Below are positions 1-9,315 of a stretch of DNA of 64,000 nucleotides, in pieces. The notes under the pieces were generated by a model, which worked only from the letters and a program-made list of their open reading frames with translations, was not told the DNA's origin and did not search any database. Each line of letters begins with the position of its first letter. Position 1 is the stretch's first letter. Made by a program: the position numbers and the translations under genes. Location: positions 1-64,000 of IMG/VR virus record IMGVR_UViG_3300029258_002750; one strand, given 5' to 3'.

Positions 1-2
1 GC

Positions 3-209
3 GCCCGCACCGAGGAGTCCGGCGTTCCGCTCGACTACCTCCGCCGCATCCACGACAAGCACGAGATGCTCGCGGACGCGATGTCTCGCTACACTCGCGT
101 CCTACGCGTGGACTGGAACGAGTTCGGCGACGTCGAAAACCTCAACGCGGAGATCAACAAGATCGCGGCCGAGGAGCGCCCGTTCATGAAGACGTGGAAT
201 GGATTGTAG
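3..209 (+). CDS. C-terminal fragment of deoxynucleoside kinase-like protein (5'-truncated by window)
   Basis: Frame 3 reads ARTEESGVPLDYLRRIHDKHE...WNGL*, resembling the dNK lid/C-terminal motif R.EE..I.LDYL..LH; lies upstream of thymidine kinase. Confidence 0.55.
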   Translation, partial: ARTEESGVPLDYLRRIHDKHEMLADAMSRYTRVLRVDWNEFGDVENLNAEINKIAAEERPFMKTWNGL

Positions 210-484
210 GGGTGGCGTTCAAGGCGCCTTCCCCAGATCCGAAGGACTACGAGCTACTGTGCAATGATCTTCGCGAGCGCGGATTCGAGTTTGGCGACGA
301 TGCTGTGTGGCGGCACAAGTGCGGTGCGCGGCTCGACGACGGGGCGTGCCGCAACCTGCTCGGGATGTGGGGATCGAGTATCCGGGAGGATGTCCTCGAA
401 ACACTCGCGCCCTACATCCCGGCCCCGCCGAGTGCGATCGAGAAGCTCGGTGACATCGTGAGACTCGCCGCCGTGTGCGGCTAG
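194..484 (+). CDS. hypothetical protein with C-terminal SAIEKLGDIV tag
   Basis: 96-aa ORF overlapping previous stop; ends PSAIEKLGDIVRLAAVCG. Confidence 0.7.
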   Translation: MEWIVGVAFKAPSPDPKDYELLCNDLRERGFEFGDDAVWRHKCGARLDDGACRNLLGMWGSSIREDVLETLAPYIPAPPSAIEKLGDIVRLAAVCG

Positions 485-496
485 AAAGGAGAAGAC

Positions 497-982
497 GTGG
501 AGAACGTCGTGCAAGGCGGGACAGTGCCCATTGTCCTCTCTTATCGCCGCGTCTCGAAGCGGCCAAAGCTGCGCCGGGTCAAGCGGTTCGTCGGCTTCCG
601 CCAGGTAGCCCGGAACCTAGTGGAGAAGGCCATCGACTTCGTGCAGGAGGTCGCCTACGAGACCGACCACGAGGTGCTCGAGTGCGGCAAGACCGAGGTT
701 GTCCACTGGGCCTTGCAGGTCGCTGATCCCTGGAGCAACGACAACGAGGGCGAGCTGGTCGTAACGCGTGTGCCGGACAAGCCCGCATGTGGGGCCAACT
801 TCGAGATCATCACGATCGACGCGAACATGGGCCGCCCGCCAGCTGACCCCGGCAACGGGACCGGCGAAGAGAAGTTCGCAGCCCGGCCTGTCAACCACGA
901 GGTGGCCCGGCAGAGGATGCGAGAGATGCTCGCCCGCGAGGCCCAGCTCGAACAGGATCAGGCCGGTGAGGAGGCCGCGTGA
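497..982 (+). CDS. hypothetical protein
   Basis: 161-aa ORF, GGAGA SD upstream, coupled to next ORF (GTGA). Confidence 0.65.
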   Translation: MENVVQGGTVPIVLSYRRVSKRPKLRRVKRFVGFRQVARNLVEKAIDFVQEVAYETDHEVLECGKTEVVHWALQVADPWSNDNEGELVVTRVPDKPACGANFEIITIDANMGRPPADPGNGTGEEKFAARPVNHEVARQRMREMLAREAQLEQDQAGEEAA

Positions 983-1209
983 CAGCGACACGCACCAAGC
1001 GACAGGTCATCCTTGTACGCGAGAACAACCACGGCCTGCGTGAGGAGCGCCGGGTGAGGATGCGCGACCTGGTGATGGGTGACTTCTTCCGCATCGAGAC
1101 GGACGATCCCGAAGATCACCTGTTCGGATCGCGGGAGGTGTTCGAGGCCCTCTCCGAGCCATACAAGGAGAAGGACGTGTGGGGGATCGACGTGAGGATC
1201 GAGGAATGA
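979..1209 (+). CDS. hypothetical protein
   Basis: 76-aa ORF, overlapping start/stop on both sides. Confidence 0.6.
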   Translation: MTATRTKRQVILVRENNHGLREERRVRMRDLVMGDFFRIETDDPEDHLFGSREVFEALSEPYKEKDVWGIDVRIEE

Positions 1210-1817
1210 AGCTCCTCATCGCGTACATCGGCCCGACCCACGCCGAGAAGTCCACCAAGGCCATTCAGGCGTGCCAGCGGCTCCAGCGCCTCGGCAAACT
1301 CGTCATCCTCATCCGGCCCGTGAAGTCCATCCGGCCCGACCCCGACGATCCCGAGAAAGGCGACCGGCTCGGGATGCTCGTCACGAAGCACGGCGACGAG
1401 TTCCCCAGCCTGGACACAGAGTCGGCCGACGACGTGGAGAGCATCGCCTCGAGCTGCGGCGCGGACGTCGTCTGGATCGATGAGCCCCCGCTCTGGGATG
1501 ACGAGGACATCCTCTGGCCGTCCATCCAGAGGATCCGCCAGTGGGCCGACGTGATCGTGTCCGGGTGCTCCTGCACGTCCGAGGGCGAGCCCTTCGGCGA
1601 GACGATGCCCAAGATCGTGGCCTGCGCCGATCATCGGATCGACTGCAAGGCCGACTGCGACCTGTGCGCCTCCTTCAACACCGCCACCAGGTCGGTCTAC
1701 ATCGGCAAGGAGCCCAAGGTCGGCCAGGTCAAGGTGGGCGGGGCATCGGAGTACGCGGCGGGCTGCCCGACCTGCTGGACCCGCCACATCCAGGCCCTTG
1801 TGGGCGCGGGGGCCTGA
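1206..1817 (+). CDS. tdk: thymidine kinase (type II)
   Basis: Degenerate P-loop YIGPTHAEKST, VVWIDE Walker B, Zn-lasso C.lC...ATR....VKVGG..EY...C..C; ATGA overlap. Confidence 0.85.
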   Translation: MKLLIAYIGPTHAEKSTKAIQACQRLQRLGKLVILIRPVKSIRPDPDDPEKGDRLGMLVTKHGDEFPSLDTESADDVESIASSCGADVVWIDEPPLWDDEDILWPSIQRIRQWADVIVSGCSCTSEGEPFGETMPKIVACADHRIDCKADCDLCASFNTATRSVYIGKEPKVGQVKVGGASEYAAGCPTCWTRHIQALVGAGA

Positions 1818-1925
1818 TTCCGAGAAATCTCGTGAGAATAGAACGCTGAGTTGTTGAGAGGGGTGAGGAGCGAAACGGTTGCTCCTCAGCTCTTTCGGAA
1901 TCTGGCACAGGCGAGCCCGGGACCC

Positions 1926-1934
1926 GGGTAGAAC
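1926..1934 (+). promoter_or_regulatory. phage promoter -10 motif GGGTAGAAC
   Basis: Intergenic copy of a motif that recurs upstream of many operons in this window. Confidence 0.6.
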
Positions 1935-1959
1935 CTGAGCAGGAGAGACAACCAGCGAT

Positions 1960-3102
1960 ATGAACTTCAACGAGATCCTCAACATGGCAGCCGTCTTGCC
2001 GCACGAGGTGCCCCTGTTCTTCCTGGGGCGCCCCGGTATCGGCAAGTCGGCGCTCGCCCAAGCGATCGGTGCGGCCGAGCGGGCTCGTGCCGAGGCGGCC
2101 GGTACAGCCGGTCTCACGGTCAGACGGGAACTCACCGGGCACCTCCCCGAGGATATGTCCGGCGTCCCGTTCATGGTCACCTTCACGTTCGACGGCAGCG
2201 ATCAGCGGTTCACCGACTTCTGTCCGCCCAAGTTCCTCGGCCAGCTCGCCAAGGGTGCCGGGCCGGGCGGTTCCGATCCCTACGGGGTCCTCGTGCTCGA
2301 GGACATCACCCAAGCGCAGCGCGCCGTCCAGACGGCCTGCTTCCAGCTCGTGCAGGAGCGGTCGATGGGCGACCTGGAGCTGTCTCCCAACGTGCGGATC
2401 ATCCTCACAGGGAACCGGGCCAGCGACAAGGCGGGCGCGCGTGAGCTGCCCTCCCCGCTCCGCAACCGGGTCTGCCTGATCAGCCTGGAGCCCGAGCTGG
2501 AGGAGTGGATGTACTGGGCGGCGAGCCAGAGCCTCCCGGCCGTGATCGGCGGTTTCCTCCAGTGGAAGCCCTCCTTCTTCAGCCAGCTCCCGACTCAGCA
2601 GGACAAGGAGAACGGCCAGTTCGCGACTCCGCGCGCCTGGCACAACGTCGGTCTCCTCTACGACGCGTCCGTCGCGTTCGGGAAGGGCGACCTCGGTCCT
2701 CTCTACACCGTCTCGGCCGGGCTGGTCGGCGTCGGCGTCGCGACCGAGTTCGTCGCCTTCGTCCGGCTCCAGAAGGAGCTGCCCAACCCGAAGGCGGTGC
2801 TCGACGATCCCGAGAAGGCCATGCCGAGCCCGCCCGAGGAGCCCGATCGGCTCGCGGCGCTCGTCACGGCGCTCGGCGAGTTCGCGGCCCTCAACCAGAC
2901 CAAGGACAAGAAGATCTACATCAAGCTGCTCCTCGCGCTGGCGCACGTCTCCCAGAAGAGCCGTGAGTGCGTGGCGGCCGGTGTCTCGGTCTTCCAGGCC
3001 AACGGCGGCGACGTGTCCAAGCTGGTCGACGCTGCCGACAAGCACAAGAAGGATCCCAGGGTCCTCGCGGTCCTGAAGTTCTTCGCGGAGAGCACCAAGT
3101 GA
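1960..3102 (+). CDS. MoxR-like AAA+ ATPase
   Basis: GRPGIGKS Walker A, LVLEDI Walker B, TGNR sensor, PLRNR Arg finger, ATPRAW. Confidence 0.85.
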   Translation: MNFNEILNMAAVLPHEVPLFFLGRPGIGKSALAQAIGAAERARAEAAGTAGLTVRRELTGHLPEDMSGVPFMVTFTFDGSDQRFTDFCPPKFLGQLAKGAGPGGSDPYGVLVLEDITQAQRAVQTACFQLVQERSMGDLELSPNVRIILTGNRASDKAGARELPSPLRNRVCLISLEPELEEWMYWAASQSLPAVIGGFLQWKPSFFSQLPTQQDKENGQFATPRAWHNVGLLYDASVAFGKGDLGPLYTVSAGLVGVGVATEFVAFVRLQKELPNPKAVLDDPEKAMPSPPEEPDRLAALVTALGEFAALNQTKDKKIYIKLLLALAHVSQKSRECVAAGVSVFQANGGDVSKLVDAADKHKKDPRVLAVLKFFAESTK

Positions 3103-4367
3103 GCGCGGCCCAGGCTCCCACAGTCGACGTCTCCTACGTGGTCTCGAAGGCGCGCACGAGGCTCGTCGCGCGCCTTCCCTTCCTGGGCCGGATTGCCATG
3201 AACATGGCGCCCCGGGCCGCGAAGCCCGAAGACGGCGTGAAGACGGCAGGGATCGCCCGGGACGGAACGGCGGTCTTCAGCGCTGAGTACCTCGCCACGC
3301 TCTCCGACAAGGAGATCGCGGGCGTGGTCGCTCACGAGGCGCTTCACCCGGCGCTCCAGTTCTGGGCGAGGAAGGGCAACCGGCACCACCTCCTCGCCAA
3401 CATCGCCCACGACCTCTCCTTCAACTTCTGGATCGAGGAGATGGCGTGCGGCGAGATCGAGCTGCCCAAGGGGTCTCTCCTCGATCCCAAGTTCCACGGG
3501 ATGTCGATGGAGGAGATCTACGCCTACCTCCTCAAGGGAGACAACGGCTCGGGCAAGACCACGATCAAGTGCAAGGGTGGTGGCCAGATCGTCGTGGACA
3601 CGAAGGGCGGCGGCGGCGACCAGTACGGCGACTGCCGAGACGACCTGGCCGAGTCGCCGGGCGGCAAGAAGGCGTCGCGCGGCGACCGCTCGGCACAGAA
3701 GAAGCTCGAGAGCGAGTGGAAGATGACGCTGGCCGAGGCCGCGCAGCACCACGAGCAGCGCTCGAAGAGCAAGGGCACGCTCCCGGCCGGGCTGCGCCGC
3801 TACATCGAAGAGCTGCTCCACCCGAAGCTCGACTGGACCGAGCTGCTCAGGAAGTGGTGCGGCGAGAACGGGCGGCGCGAAGACTACTCGTTCCTGCGGC
3901 CGAACCGCCGGTCCTACTCGCTGGGGACGATCCTCCCCTCGCAGTGCGCAGGCGGCTACGCTGATGTGGTCTTCCTGCTCGACTCGTCCGGTTCCATGAG
4001 CCAGCGAGAGATCCGGCGCGGCCTCTCGGAGGCGCAGGGGATTCTGGAGGAGATGGGCTGTGAGATCCGCGTGATCGTCTGCGACGCGGCCGTCCACACG
4101 GACATGAGCGTCGAGGAGGCGTGCGAGATCGAGGTGAAGGGCGGCGGCGGGTCGAACTTCTGCCCGGCGTTCGAGCTGCTCGACGAAGACGGGTTTGACG
4201 GCGCGGTCGTCGCCTTCACGGACGGCATGATCGACGTCCCGACCGAGATGCCCGTCAACATGCAGGGCTGCCTCTGGGTCACCACGGGCGACTACAGGCC
4301 GCCGACCGAGACGTGGGGCGAGCACATCTCGATCCCCGACGACAAGAACGACGAGGAGGAGTACTAG
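3099..4367 (+). CDS. DUF2201-type HExxH metallopeptidase-like + VWA domain protein
   Basis: AHEALH motif; DSSGSM MIDAS, GGGSNF, FTDG; typical partner of the upstream AAA ATPase. Confidence 0.85.
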   Translation: MSAAQAPTVDVSYVVSKARTRLVARLPFLGRIAMNMAPRAAKPEDGVKTAGIARDGTAVFSAEYLATLSDKEIAGVVAHEALHPALQFWARKGNRHHLLANIAHDLSFNFWIEEMACGEIELPKGSLLDPKFHGMSMEEIYAYLLKGDNGSGKTTIKCKGGGQIVVDTKGGGGDQYGDCRDDLAESPGGKKASRGDRSAQKKLESEWKMTLAEAAQHHEQRSKSKGTLPAGLRRYIEELLHPKLDWTELLRKWCGENGRREDYSFLRPNRRSYSLGTILPSQCAGGYADVVFLLDSSGSMSQREIRRGLSEAQGILEEMGCEIRVIVCDAAVHTDMSVEEACEIEVKGGGGSNFCPAFELLDEDGFDGAVVAFTDGMIDVPTEMPVNMQGCLWVTTGDYRPPTETWGEHISIPDDKNDEEEY

Positions 4368-4504
4368 GATGCCTCCCTCGACCTACACGGTTGACCAGCT
4401 CCTCGCCCTGCCCCCGGACGCGGCAGGTCAGCGGGTCGCCGCCTCGGTCGCCAACGCCATGAGGAGTTGGACGACTGCTACATGGCCGCCACCGGGAGGC
4501 GCGG

Positions 4505-5272
4505 ATGACCGAGCAGCGTAGGACGGGGACACGCGAATGGGCAGAGTCGAATCTCAACATTGCGGACGGGTGTAGCCACGGCTGTAGGTACTGCTACGCC
4601 CGGCACAACGCGGTCACCCGGTTCAAGCGTGTCAAGGCCGACGACTGGCCGACCGAGGTTGTGGACCAGAACCGGGTGACCAAGCGCTACGGCCTGCGGG
4701 CGGGGAAGACGATCATGTTCCCCACCGCGCACGACATCACGCCCGCGATCCTCGACGACTGCGTCACCGTGCTCAAGAAGGTGCTCGGTGCTGGGAACCG
4801 CGTGCTCATCGTCACCAAGCCACACCTCGAGTGCGTCCAGCGCATGTGCGCCGAGCTGGAGGAGTGGAAGGACCAGGTGCTCTTCCGCTTCACGATCGGC
4901 GCGACAAACGACGAGGTGCTCTCGTTCTGGGAGCCGAACGCGCCATCGTTCGCGGAACGCATGGACAGTCTCGCGTTCGCGAGCACGCGCGGCTGGCAAA
5001 CGAGCGTCTCGATCGAGCCGATGCTCGACCCGAAGCACATCGACATCCTGGTGCTCGCGGTTCAGCAGTGGGTCACAGATACGATCTGGATCGGCAAGAT
5101 GAACCACATCAGGATGCGCTGTCGCGACGTGGACGACGCGACCCTGGCCGCGCTCGAGGCCGAGATCACCGACGAGAAGATCCTCGCAATGGTCGACCGG
5201 CTCAGCGACAGCCCGAAGATCCGATGGAAGGACTCAATCAAGCTCGTCATCGAGGAGGCGAAGAAGCCGTGA
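4505..5272 (+). CDS. radical SAM protein (DUF5131/SPL-like)
   Basis: GCSHGCRYCYA CxxxCxxC; SIEPML; IWIGKMN. Confidence 0.8.
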   Translation: MTEQRRTGTREWAESNLNIADGCSHGCRYCYARHNAVTRFKRVKADDWPTEVVDQNRVTKRYGLRAGKTIMFPTAHDITPAILDDCVTVLKKVLGAGNRVLIVTKPHLECVQRMCAELEEWKDQVLFRFTIGATNDEVLSFWEPNAPSFAERMDSLAFASTRGWQTSVSIEPMLDPKHIDILVLAVQQWVTDTIWIGKMNHIRMRCRDVDDATLAALEAEITDEKILAMVDRLSDSPKIRWKDSIKLVIEEAKKP

Positions 5273-5706
5273 CCGAGAAGCAAGTACCCACCCCGGCCAA
5301 GTTCATGAAGAAGCCCGACCCAGCTGACCTGGAGGGGGCCAGCGCCGACCAGCTCCACAACCTTGCGGTCGGCCTCGCCCGCCGGGTCTGCAAGCTCGAG
5401 CTGGAGCACCCGGAGGGGGAGGAGCGCCGGGAGCACGTTCGCACGCTGCTGCGCGCGGCGGCGGCCATCGCGAAGCACGATGTCCATCTCTCATGCTCGC
5501 TGATCAACTACCTCCAGAGCGAGAACCAGGTCGAGGGCTTCGTCGCCACGCTGGTGAAGGTCGCCGAGGATTCGAGGGACGACGAGCAGATCGGCGAGTT
5601 CCTCGCGCTCCTCAAGGCGAACCTCATCAACGTCGGCGAGGAGGCGCACACCGCCTTCATGGAGGCGGTCGACGCGAAGAAGGAGGAGGTCTGGTCGTCG
5701 AGCTAG
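5269..5706 (+). CDS. hypothetical protein
   Basis: GTG start overlapping previous stop; helical acidic protein. Confidence 0.6.
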   Translation: MTEKQVPTPAKFMKKPDPADLEGASADQLHNLAVGLARRVCKLELEHPEGEERREHVRTLLRAAAAIAKHDVHLSCSLINYLQSENQVEGFVATLVKVAEDSRDDEQIGEFLALLKANLINVGEEAHTAFMEAVDAKKEEVWSSS

Positions 5707-5731
5707 GGTAGGATCCCCCTGGAGGAGTTCC

Positions 5732-6046
5732 ATGAGCGGGATCCCTGCCCGGTCGGCCGACGCCGACTCCATCGACGACATCGCCTACTTCGCGAAGAAG
5801 ATCGCGCGGTCCCAGCTCCGGCTTGAGACTCAGCTGGCCGCCGGTCTTCCCGATGACCATCCGACCGTGAAGACTGAACGCGGGATCGCCGAGCGCGAGA
5901 CGAAGCGGCTCGCCCTGCTGCTCGAGGCGGTCAGCACGGCCGGGAACCTGCCTGAGCCCGATGCGCTCGCCGCTGCCTGCGAGGACGAGGAGGAGGGCAT
6001 CGGACCCCTGGCCGTGATCGCGATCATGGAGGCGGCCGGGAGCTGA
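5732..6046 (+). CDS. hypothetical protein
   Basis: GGAGGAG SD, 104 aa. Confidence 0.6.
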   Translation: MSGIPARSADADSIDDIAYFAKKIARSQLRLETQLAAGLPDDHPTVKTERGIAERETKRLALLLEAVSTAGNLPEPDALAAACEDEEEGIGPLAVIAIMEAAGS

Positions 6047-6048
6047 GG

Positions 6049-6438
6049 ATGGGCTGGAGCTTCTACGAGGATCACGAGGACCCGGACCACACCGTTTACG
6101 CAGTCTACCGCTACGGCACCGGCAAGGCGCGGACGTGGAAGCTGGGTCGGGGGACCATCGAGGAGATCACCAGCGCGGTCCTGCCTGCGGGAACCGCTCC
6201 CTCGGCCGTGGACTCGCTGGGCGAGCTGGAGCGGCCCGACGCGGGCGGCATCGAGTCCTTCGACGAGAACCCCGCGAACCGGATCATCCAGTTCGAGGGG
6301 ACCATCTACGCCGCGCACGCGAGCCGGGTCTGGCGGCTCGACGAGGGGAACGACGATTGGCGGCCCTCCGAGTTGCCCGATGGCCTGGTACTGACCGAGG
6401 GCGGGGCGCTCCGGGTCGAGTTGCCGGGGGCTCCCTGA
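6049..6438 (+). CDS. hypothetical protein with internal SAVDSLGEL tag
   Basis: 129-aa ORF with GAGG SD. Confidence 0.65.
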   Translation: MGWSFYEDHEDPDHTVYAVYRYGTGKARTWKLGRGTIEEITSAVLPAGTAPSAVDSLGELERPDAGGIESFDENPANRIIQFEGTIYAAHASRVWRLDEGNDDWRPSELPDGLVLTEGGALRVELPGAP

Positions 6439-6524
6439 CGCACACCGGAGCCCGTGGCGGGCCGATCGAGGGGGCTCGCGGCTCCTGATACCTACCCCAG
6501 GGAGAGGGCCTCAGAGGGCCGGGA

Positions 6525-6598
6525 TGGACGTGGTGGGAGTCGAACCCACAACTTCAACCATTTTAAGTGGTTAGCCTCTGCCGTTGGGCTACACGTCC
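6525..6598 (-). tRNA. tRNA-Leu(TAA), short variable loop, canonical elbow
   Basis: GGACGTG/CACGTCC-A; D arm GCCCAACGGCAGAGGC; AACCA-CTTAAAA-TGGTT; T arm GTGGG-TTCGACT-CCCAC. Confidence 0.9.
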
Positions 6599-6603
6599 GC
6601 GCG

Positions 6604-6822
6604 CTAGGCGGCGCCCTGCTGGGCGCCCTTGCAGCACGGGCATAAACCCTTGGCGGAGCAGGATCCGCACGTGAAGATCCACTCGACCTCGGGATCCGAT
6701 GCGAGCGTCGGGTCCTGGGCGAGGATGGCGCGGAGCCGCTCCTCGAACTCCTCTGGGTGGGACTGCCCACATACGGAGCACGTGGCGGCGAGGCTTGCGG
6801 CAACTACATCGGAGCGGCTCAT
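6604..6822 (-). CDS. small Cys-rich hypothetical protein
   Basis: CxxC ... CxxC ... CxCC; ERLRAILAQDPTLASDPEVEW. Confidence 0.45.
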   Translation of the reverse strand: MSRSDVVAASLAATCSVCGQSHPEEFEERLRAILAQDPTLASDPEVEWIFTCGSCSAKGLCPCCKGAQQGAA

Positions 6823-6874
6823 GGGTCAAGCTCTCTACCCAGAGCCTAGCTCGTCCTGTTGGATAAATCTAGGT

Positions 6875-7195
6875 TTATGGAAGAACGCTTGGGGGACCTG
6901 TGTTCCCCGACCCCAGGTCAGCGCTGACCAGGCTCCCCAGGAGCGACACGACGTCGTCCAGCTCGCGGGCGCCGCGCCGCTTCGCTTCGACGAGGGCCTG
7001 CTGCGCCGAGGCCCGCGCCCACCATCGGCCGGTGCAGACGTAGTAGGTCGTCGCGCCATCGAGTCCGAGGATCTTGTGCGGCTCGGATGCGTAGATCACC
7101 CGGTAGCTCCTGCCAATCGGTGGCGCCCAGTTGTTCTTGCGCATCCACCACTCGGCCTCTGATCGCGTACATGCGATGACGAGGATGGTGATCAC
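6875..7195 (-). CDS. hypothetical protein
   Basis: 106 aa, coupled to upstream ORF; DDVVSLLGSLV variant tag. Confidence 0.55.
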   Translation of the reverse strand: MITILVIACTRSEAEWWMRKNNWAPPIGRSYRVIYASEPHKILGLDGATTYYVCTGRWWARASAQQALVEAKRRGARELDDVVSLLGSLVSADLGSGNTGPPSVLP

Positions 7196-7404
7196 ACCAG
7201 CTCCGCCAGCTGATCAACGGCGCTCAGATGCGCCAGGCAGCTCTGCGTGAAGTAGCACGGCGCGCGGCCGTCGTCCCAATTCACGTACACGTCGCTGCCC
7301 ATCATCGTCGCGATGTAGGCAGCTGTCCCCTTCGAGCCGCGCGGGATCTCCGGGTGGATCCCGTTCCTCACCAGCACGACGCGATCGTTCTTCTGAATCC
7401 TCAC
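7192..7404 (-). CDS. small SH3-like hypothetical protein with C-terminal SAVDQLAELV tag
   Basis: GTGA-coupled start; IQKNDRVVLV...GT....YVNWDDG pattern. Confidence 0.6.
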   Translation of the reverse strand: MRIQKNDRVVLVRNGIHPEIPRGSKGTAAYIATMMGSDVYVNWDDGRAPCYFTQSCLAHLSAVDQLAELV

Positions 7405-7796
7405 CGGCCGCGCGTCCGGCGCTTCGCCCACTTCTTCTTGAGCCGCCTGATGTGCCTCGGTTCCCCGTTCGCTCCGCGAGCCTCGTCTGCTCGTCGGGCC
7501 TCGGCCGCCCACTGGCGGTACTCCCACTCGTAAGCCTTCATCAGCTTCGAGACGATATTGTCGGCCGCGCGTTTCGGCCTGGCGCCCGAGTAGCGACGGC
7601 CCTTCAGCACGTTCATCGCCGCATCGTGGATTCGCGAGCGAGCGGTCACAGGGGAGACGTGCGACGTCTGACACCACGCGGCCATCGATTCGGCGGCTTC
7701 GCGCATCAGCTGGCGGATCTCCTCCGGCGTCTTGCCGATCTCTGCCAGGATGTCGATGGCGCTTCGGTTGTTGGTCGTCTTGGGCACGTCAATCAA
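7401..7796 (-). CDS. hypothetical protein
   Basis: 131-aa ORF in minus-strand gene run. Confidence 0.55.
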   Translation of the reverse strand: MIDVPKTTNNRSAIDILAEIGKTPEEIRQLMREAAESMAAWCQTSHVSPVTARSRIHDAAMNVLKGRRYSGARPKRAADNIVSKLMKAYEWEYRQWAAEARRADEARGANGEPRHIRRLKKKWAKRRTRGR

Positions 7797-8352
7797 ACTC
7801 GGCCCACCAGCGCAACGGCATTAGCGGGTTCAGGTGCCGCGCCGGTAGCACGTAAGCTCCGCTGAAGGCCCCGCCGGTGGCAACCTCGTCCGGCAGCATT
7901 CTCGTGCTCGCCCATCCGACCAGCAGGACAGACGCGGCTGCCCTGCTGTACTTCTCCACGAGGAGAAGCATGTAGATCCAGTCGTCGTGGCGTTCCCTGG
8001 GCCGAACGAGCAGGTTGTAGTCGAGCGGCGGCCTGTCGGGGGACCGCATCAGGCTCGTCTTGAAGTCCACGTTGCATCCCGTGACGTCGTAGCCGATGTC
8101 GCCCACGGTCGGATTCCGGTTGGCGTACCAGCGGGTGACCTTGTAGTCGTTGGCGTTGCCGAACATGAAGCGGTGGCCAGCGAGCGTCCCGACCTGGCCG
8201 ACGATCTGGTCTTCGGAGAGACACTCACCGCGCTCCTCGTCCCCACGAACGTGCGAGACTCCGCCGATCTTCGCGGCCTCCGCCATCGCATAGGCGAATT
8301 CCATCTCGTAGCTGCGGATCGTCATGCGAACGATGTCAGGCTTGTCGATCAT
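7789..8352 (-). CDS. hypothetical protein (possible PD-(D/E)xK-like fold)
   Basis: 187 aa; DIGYDVTGCNVDFKTS resembles a D..x(n)..DxK nuclease-type core. Confidence 0.55.
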   Translation of the reverse strand: MIDKPDIVRMTIRSYEMEFAYAMAEAAKIGGVSHVRGDEERGECLSEDQIVGQVGTLAGHRFMFGNANDYKVTRWYANRNPTVGDIGYDVTGCNVDFKTSLMRSPDRPPLDYNLLVRPRERHDDWIYMLLLVEKYSRAAASVLLVGWASTRMLPDEVATGGAFSGAYVLPARHLNPLMPLRWWAEFD

Positions 8353-8375
8353 CGAGTCTCGCGGGGGTGTGTGAG

Positions 8376-8530
8376 CCCACGACGTAAGGGGCGGGGGACT
8401 TCATGGTGTTTCCACCTCTGGCGCGTCTACCATTCCGCCACCGACCACTGAGACGGCCGGGCGGGACTCGAACCCGCACGCTCTATCGAGCACCAGCTTG
8501 CAGGATGTAGTCTCCCAAGGCATTCGTGGG
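8376..8530 (-). ncRNA. YrlA-type Y RNA #1 (circularly permuted tRNA mimic)
   Basis: Order on minus strand: CCCACGA-ATG ... T arm GCGGG-TTCGAGT-CCCGC, acceptor stem closed by a loop (CCGGCCG-TCTCAG-TGGTCGG), D arm GCGGAATGGTAGACGC ... ACG-TCGTGGG closing stem; Ro60 gene in same island. Confidence 0.8.
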
Positions 8531-8540
8531 TTGTTCTAGT

Positions 8541-8610
8541 GGACCGACGTTGTGGGGTCAGCGAGACGAAACAGCTCCAAAAGATGTAGTCCCGCCGGAG
8601 CATTCGGTCC
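8541..8610 (-). ncRNA. short Y-like RNA
   Basis: GGACCGA-ATGC...GGACTACATC...ACAACG-TCGGTCC; same terminal module as the permuted tRNA mimics. Confidence 0.6.
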
Positions 8611-8641
8611 TATGACGACCGTGGGGCTTTCACCCACGGCC

Positions 8642-8771
8642 GCCGGATCGGCGACGCGAGAGCTTGCGTTCACGCCGCCGGGTTGCTGCGGCCCCTCTTG
8701 GCCCTGCCGAGTCCAGGTAACCACCAAGGGGCCTGCCATTCACTGATGTACTCCCGTCAAGTTCATCCGGC
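8642..8771 (-). ncRNA. structured RNA, divergent member of the Y-like family (rod with central bubble)
   Basis: GCCGGAT/ATCCGGC closing stem, GACGGGAG/CTCTCGCGTC, GGGAGTACATC motif, apical GGCCCC/GGGGCC stem. Confidence 0.45.
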
Positions 8772-8802
8772 TGCTGGCCGACGTTGTAGACGACGAGAGG
8801 GA

Positions 8803-8876
8803 TAGCGCGGGCAGGATTTGAACCTGCGATCTCCGGGTTATGAGCCCAGCGTCATACCGAACTAGACTACCGCGCG
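8803..8876 (-). tRNA. tRNA-fMet(CAT), canonical elbow
   Basis: C1/T72 mismatch, GGG/CCC anticodon stem, CTCATAA loop, D-loop GG, T-loop TTCAAAT. Confidence 0.9.
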
Positions 8877-8945
8877 TCGTTGTGCAGGGAGAACAGAGTC
8901 CCTTTGTCCTGGTCGAGCCAGGCTTACGCGACCTGCACCGCGATT

Positions 8946-9300
8946 TGGAGCTGGCGAGAATCGAACTCGCGTCCTGTAACCTATCCACCCGCGCGTCTAC
9001 GTGCGTAGCTCGCTCTCCTTAGTCCCCTCGTCTGAGCGCGAGCGTCTCTGGCGAGCGGGCGCCTCTAGGGAGTGTTCTCGTCCTTCACCGGGCGAGGCCC
9101 CGGATCAGGTACCAGCCCATCTTGTGGCCCAGACCTTTCACCCCATGGGCGGGGGATCCAGCTGGGGGCGGCCTTTTAGGCTGCCAGGCGAACAGGTGCG
9201 TTGGCAACTATTCAGTTTCCAGGTTGTTTATAGAGGCCAACCTGGGACCTCTACACGCAACGCGAGCTTCACCGGCCCAGTCGATACCAGTGTCAGCCCC
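8946..9300 (-). ncRNA. ssrA: tmRNA, tag peptide (A)ANAPVRLAA
   Basis: 5' GGGGCTGACACTGGTATCGAC, 3' GCGAG-TTCGATT-CTCGC-CAGCTCC-A, G3:U70; resume GCC at 9205, TAA at 9176-9178. Confidence 0.95.
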
Positions 9301-9315
9301 GTGTGTTCGTGCCCA

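Noticed and set aside
1729-4325. Long antisense ORFs (1729-3045, 2916-4325; likewise 17400-19061, 31361-32506, 42296-43771, 50456-51526)
   Set aside because: Shadow frames of well-supported genes in high-GC DNA; no recognizable motifs.
8495-8600. Group I intron in a tRNA-Leu (AAGATGTAGTCC resembles the S element)
   Set aside because: The S-like motif is on the strand opposite the tRNA parts, no P3/P4/P6 core is evident, and the tRNA 5' half lies downstream of the 3' half; the motif is explained by the repeated Y-like module.
8616-8642. IS200/IS605-end or omega-RNA hairpin (CCGTGGG-GCTTTCA-CCCACGG)
   Set aside because: No TnpA/TnpB/IscB gene nearby; more simply a spacer hairpin between ncRNAs.
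8642-8771. SAM-I riboswitch or SRP RNA
   Set aside because: GCAGCAACC is present, but the SAM-I P4/GGUGC elements and the SRP GNRA-capped helix 8 are missing.
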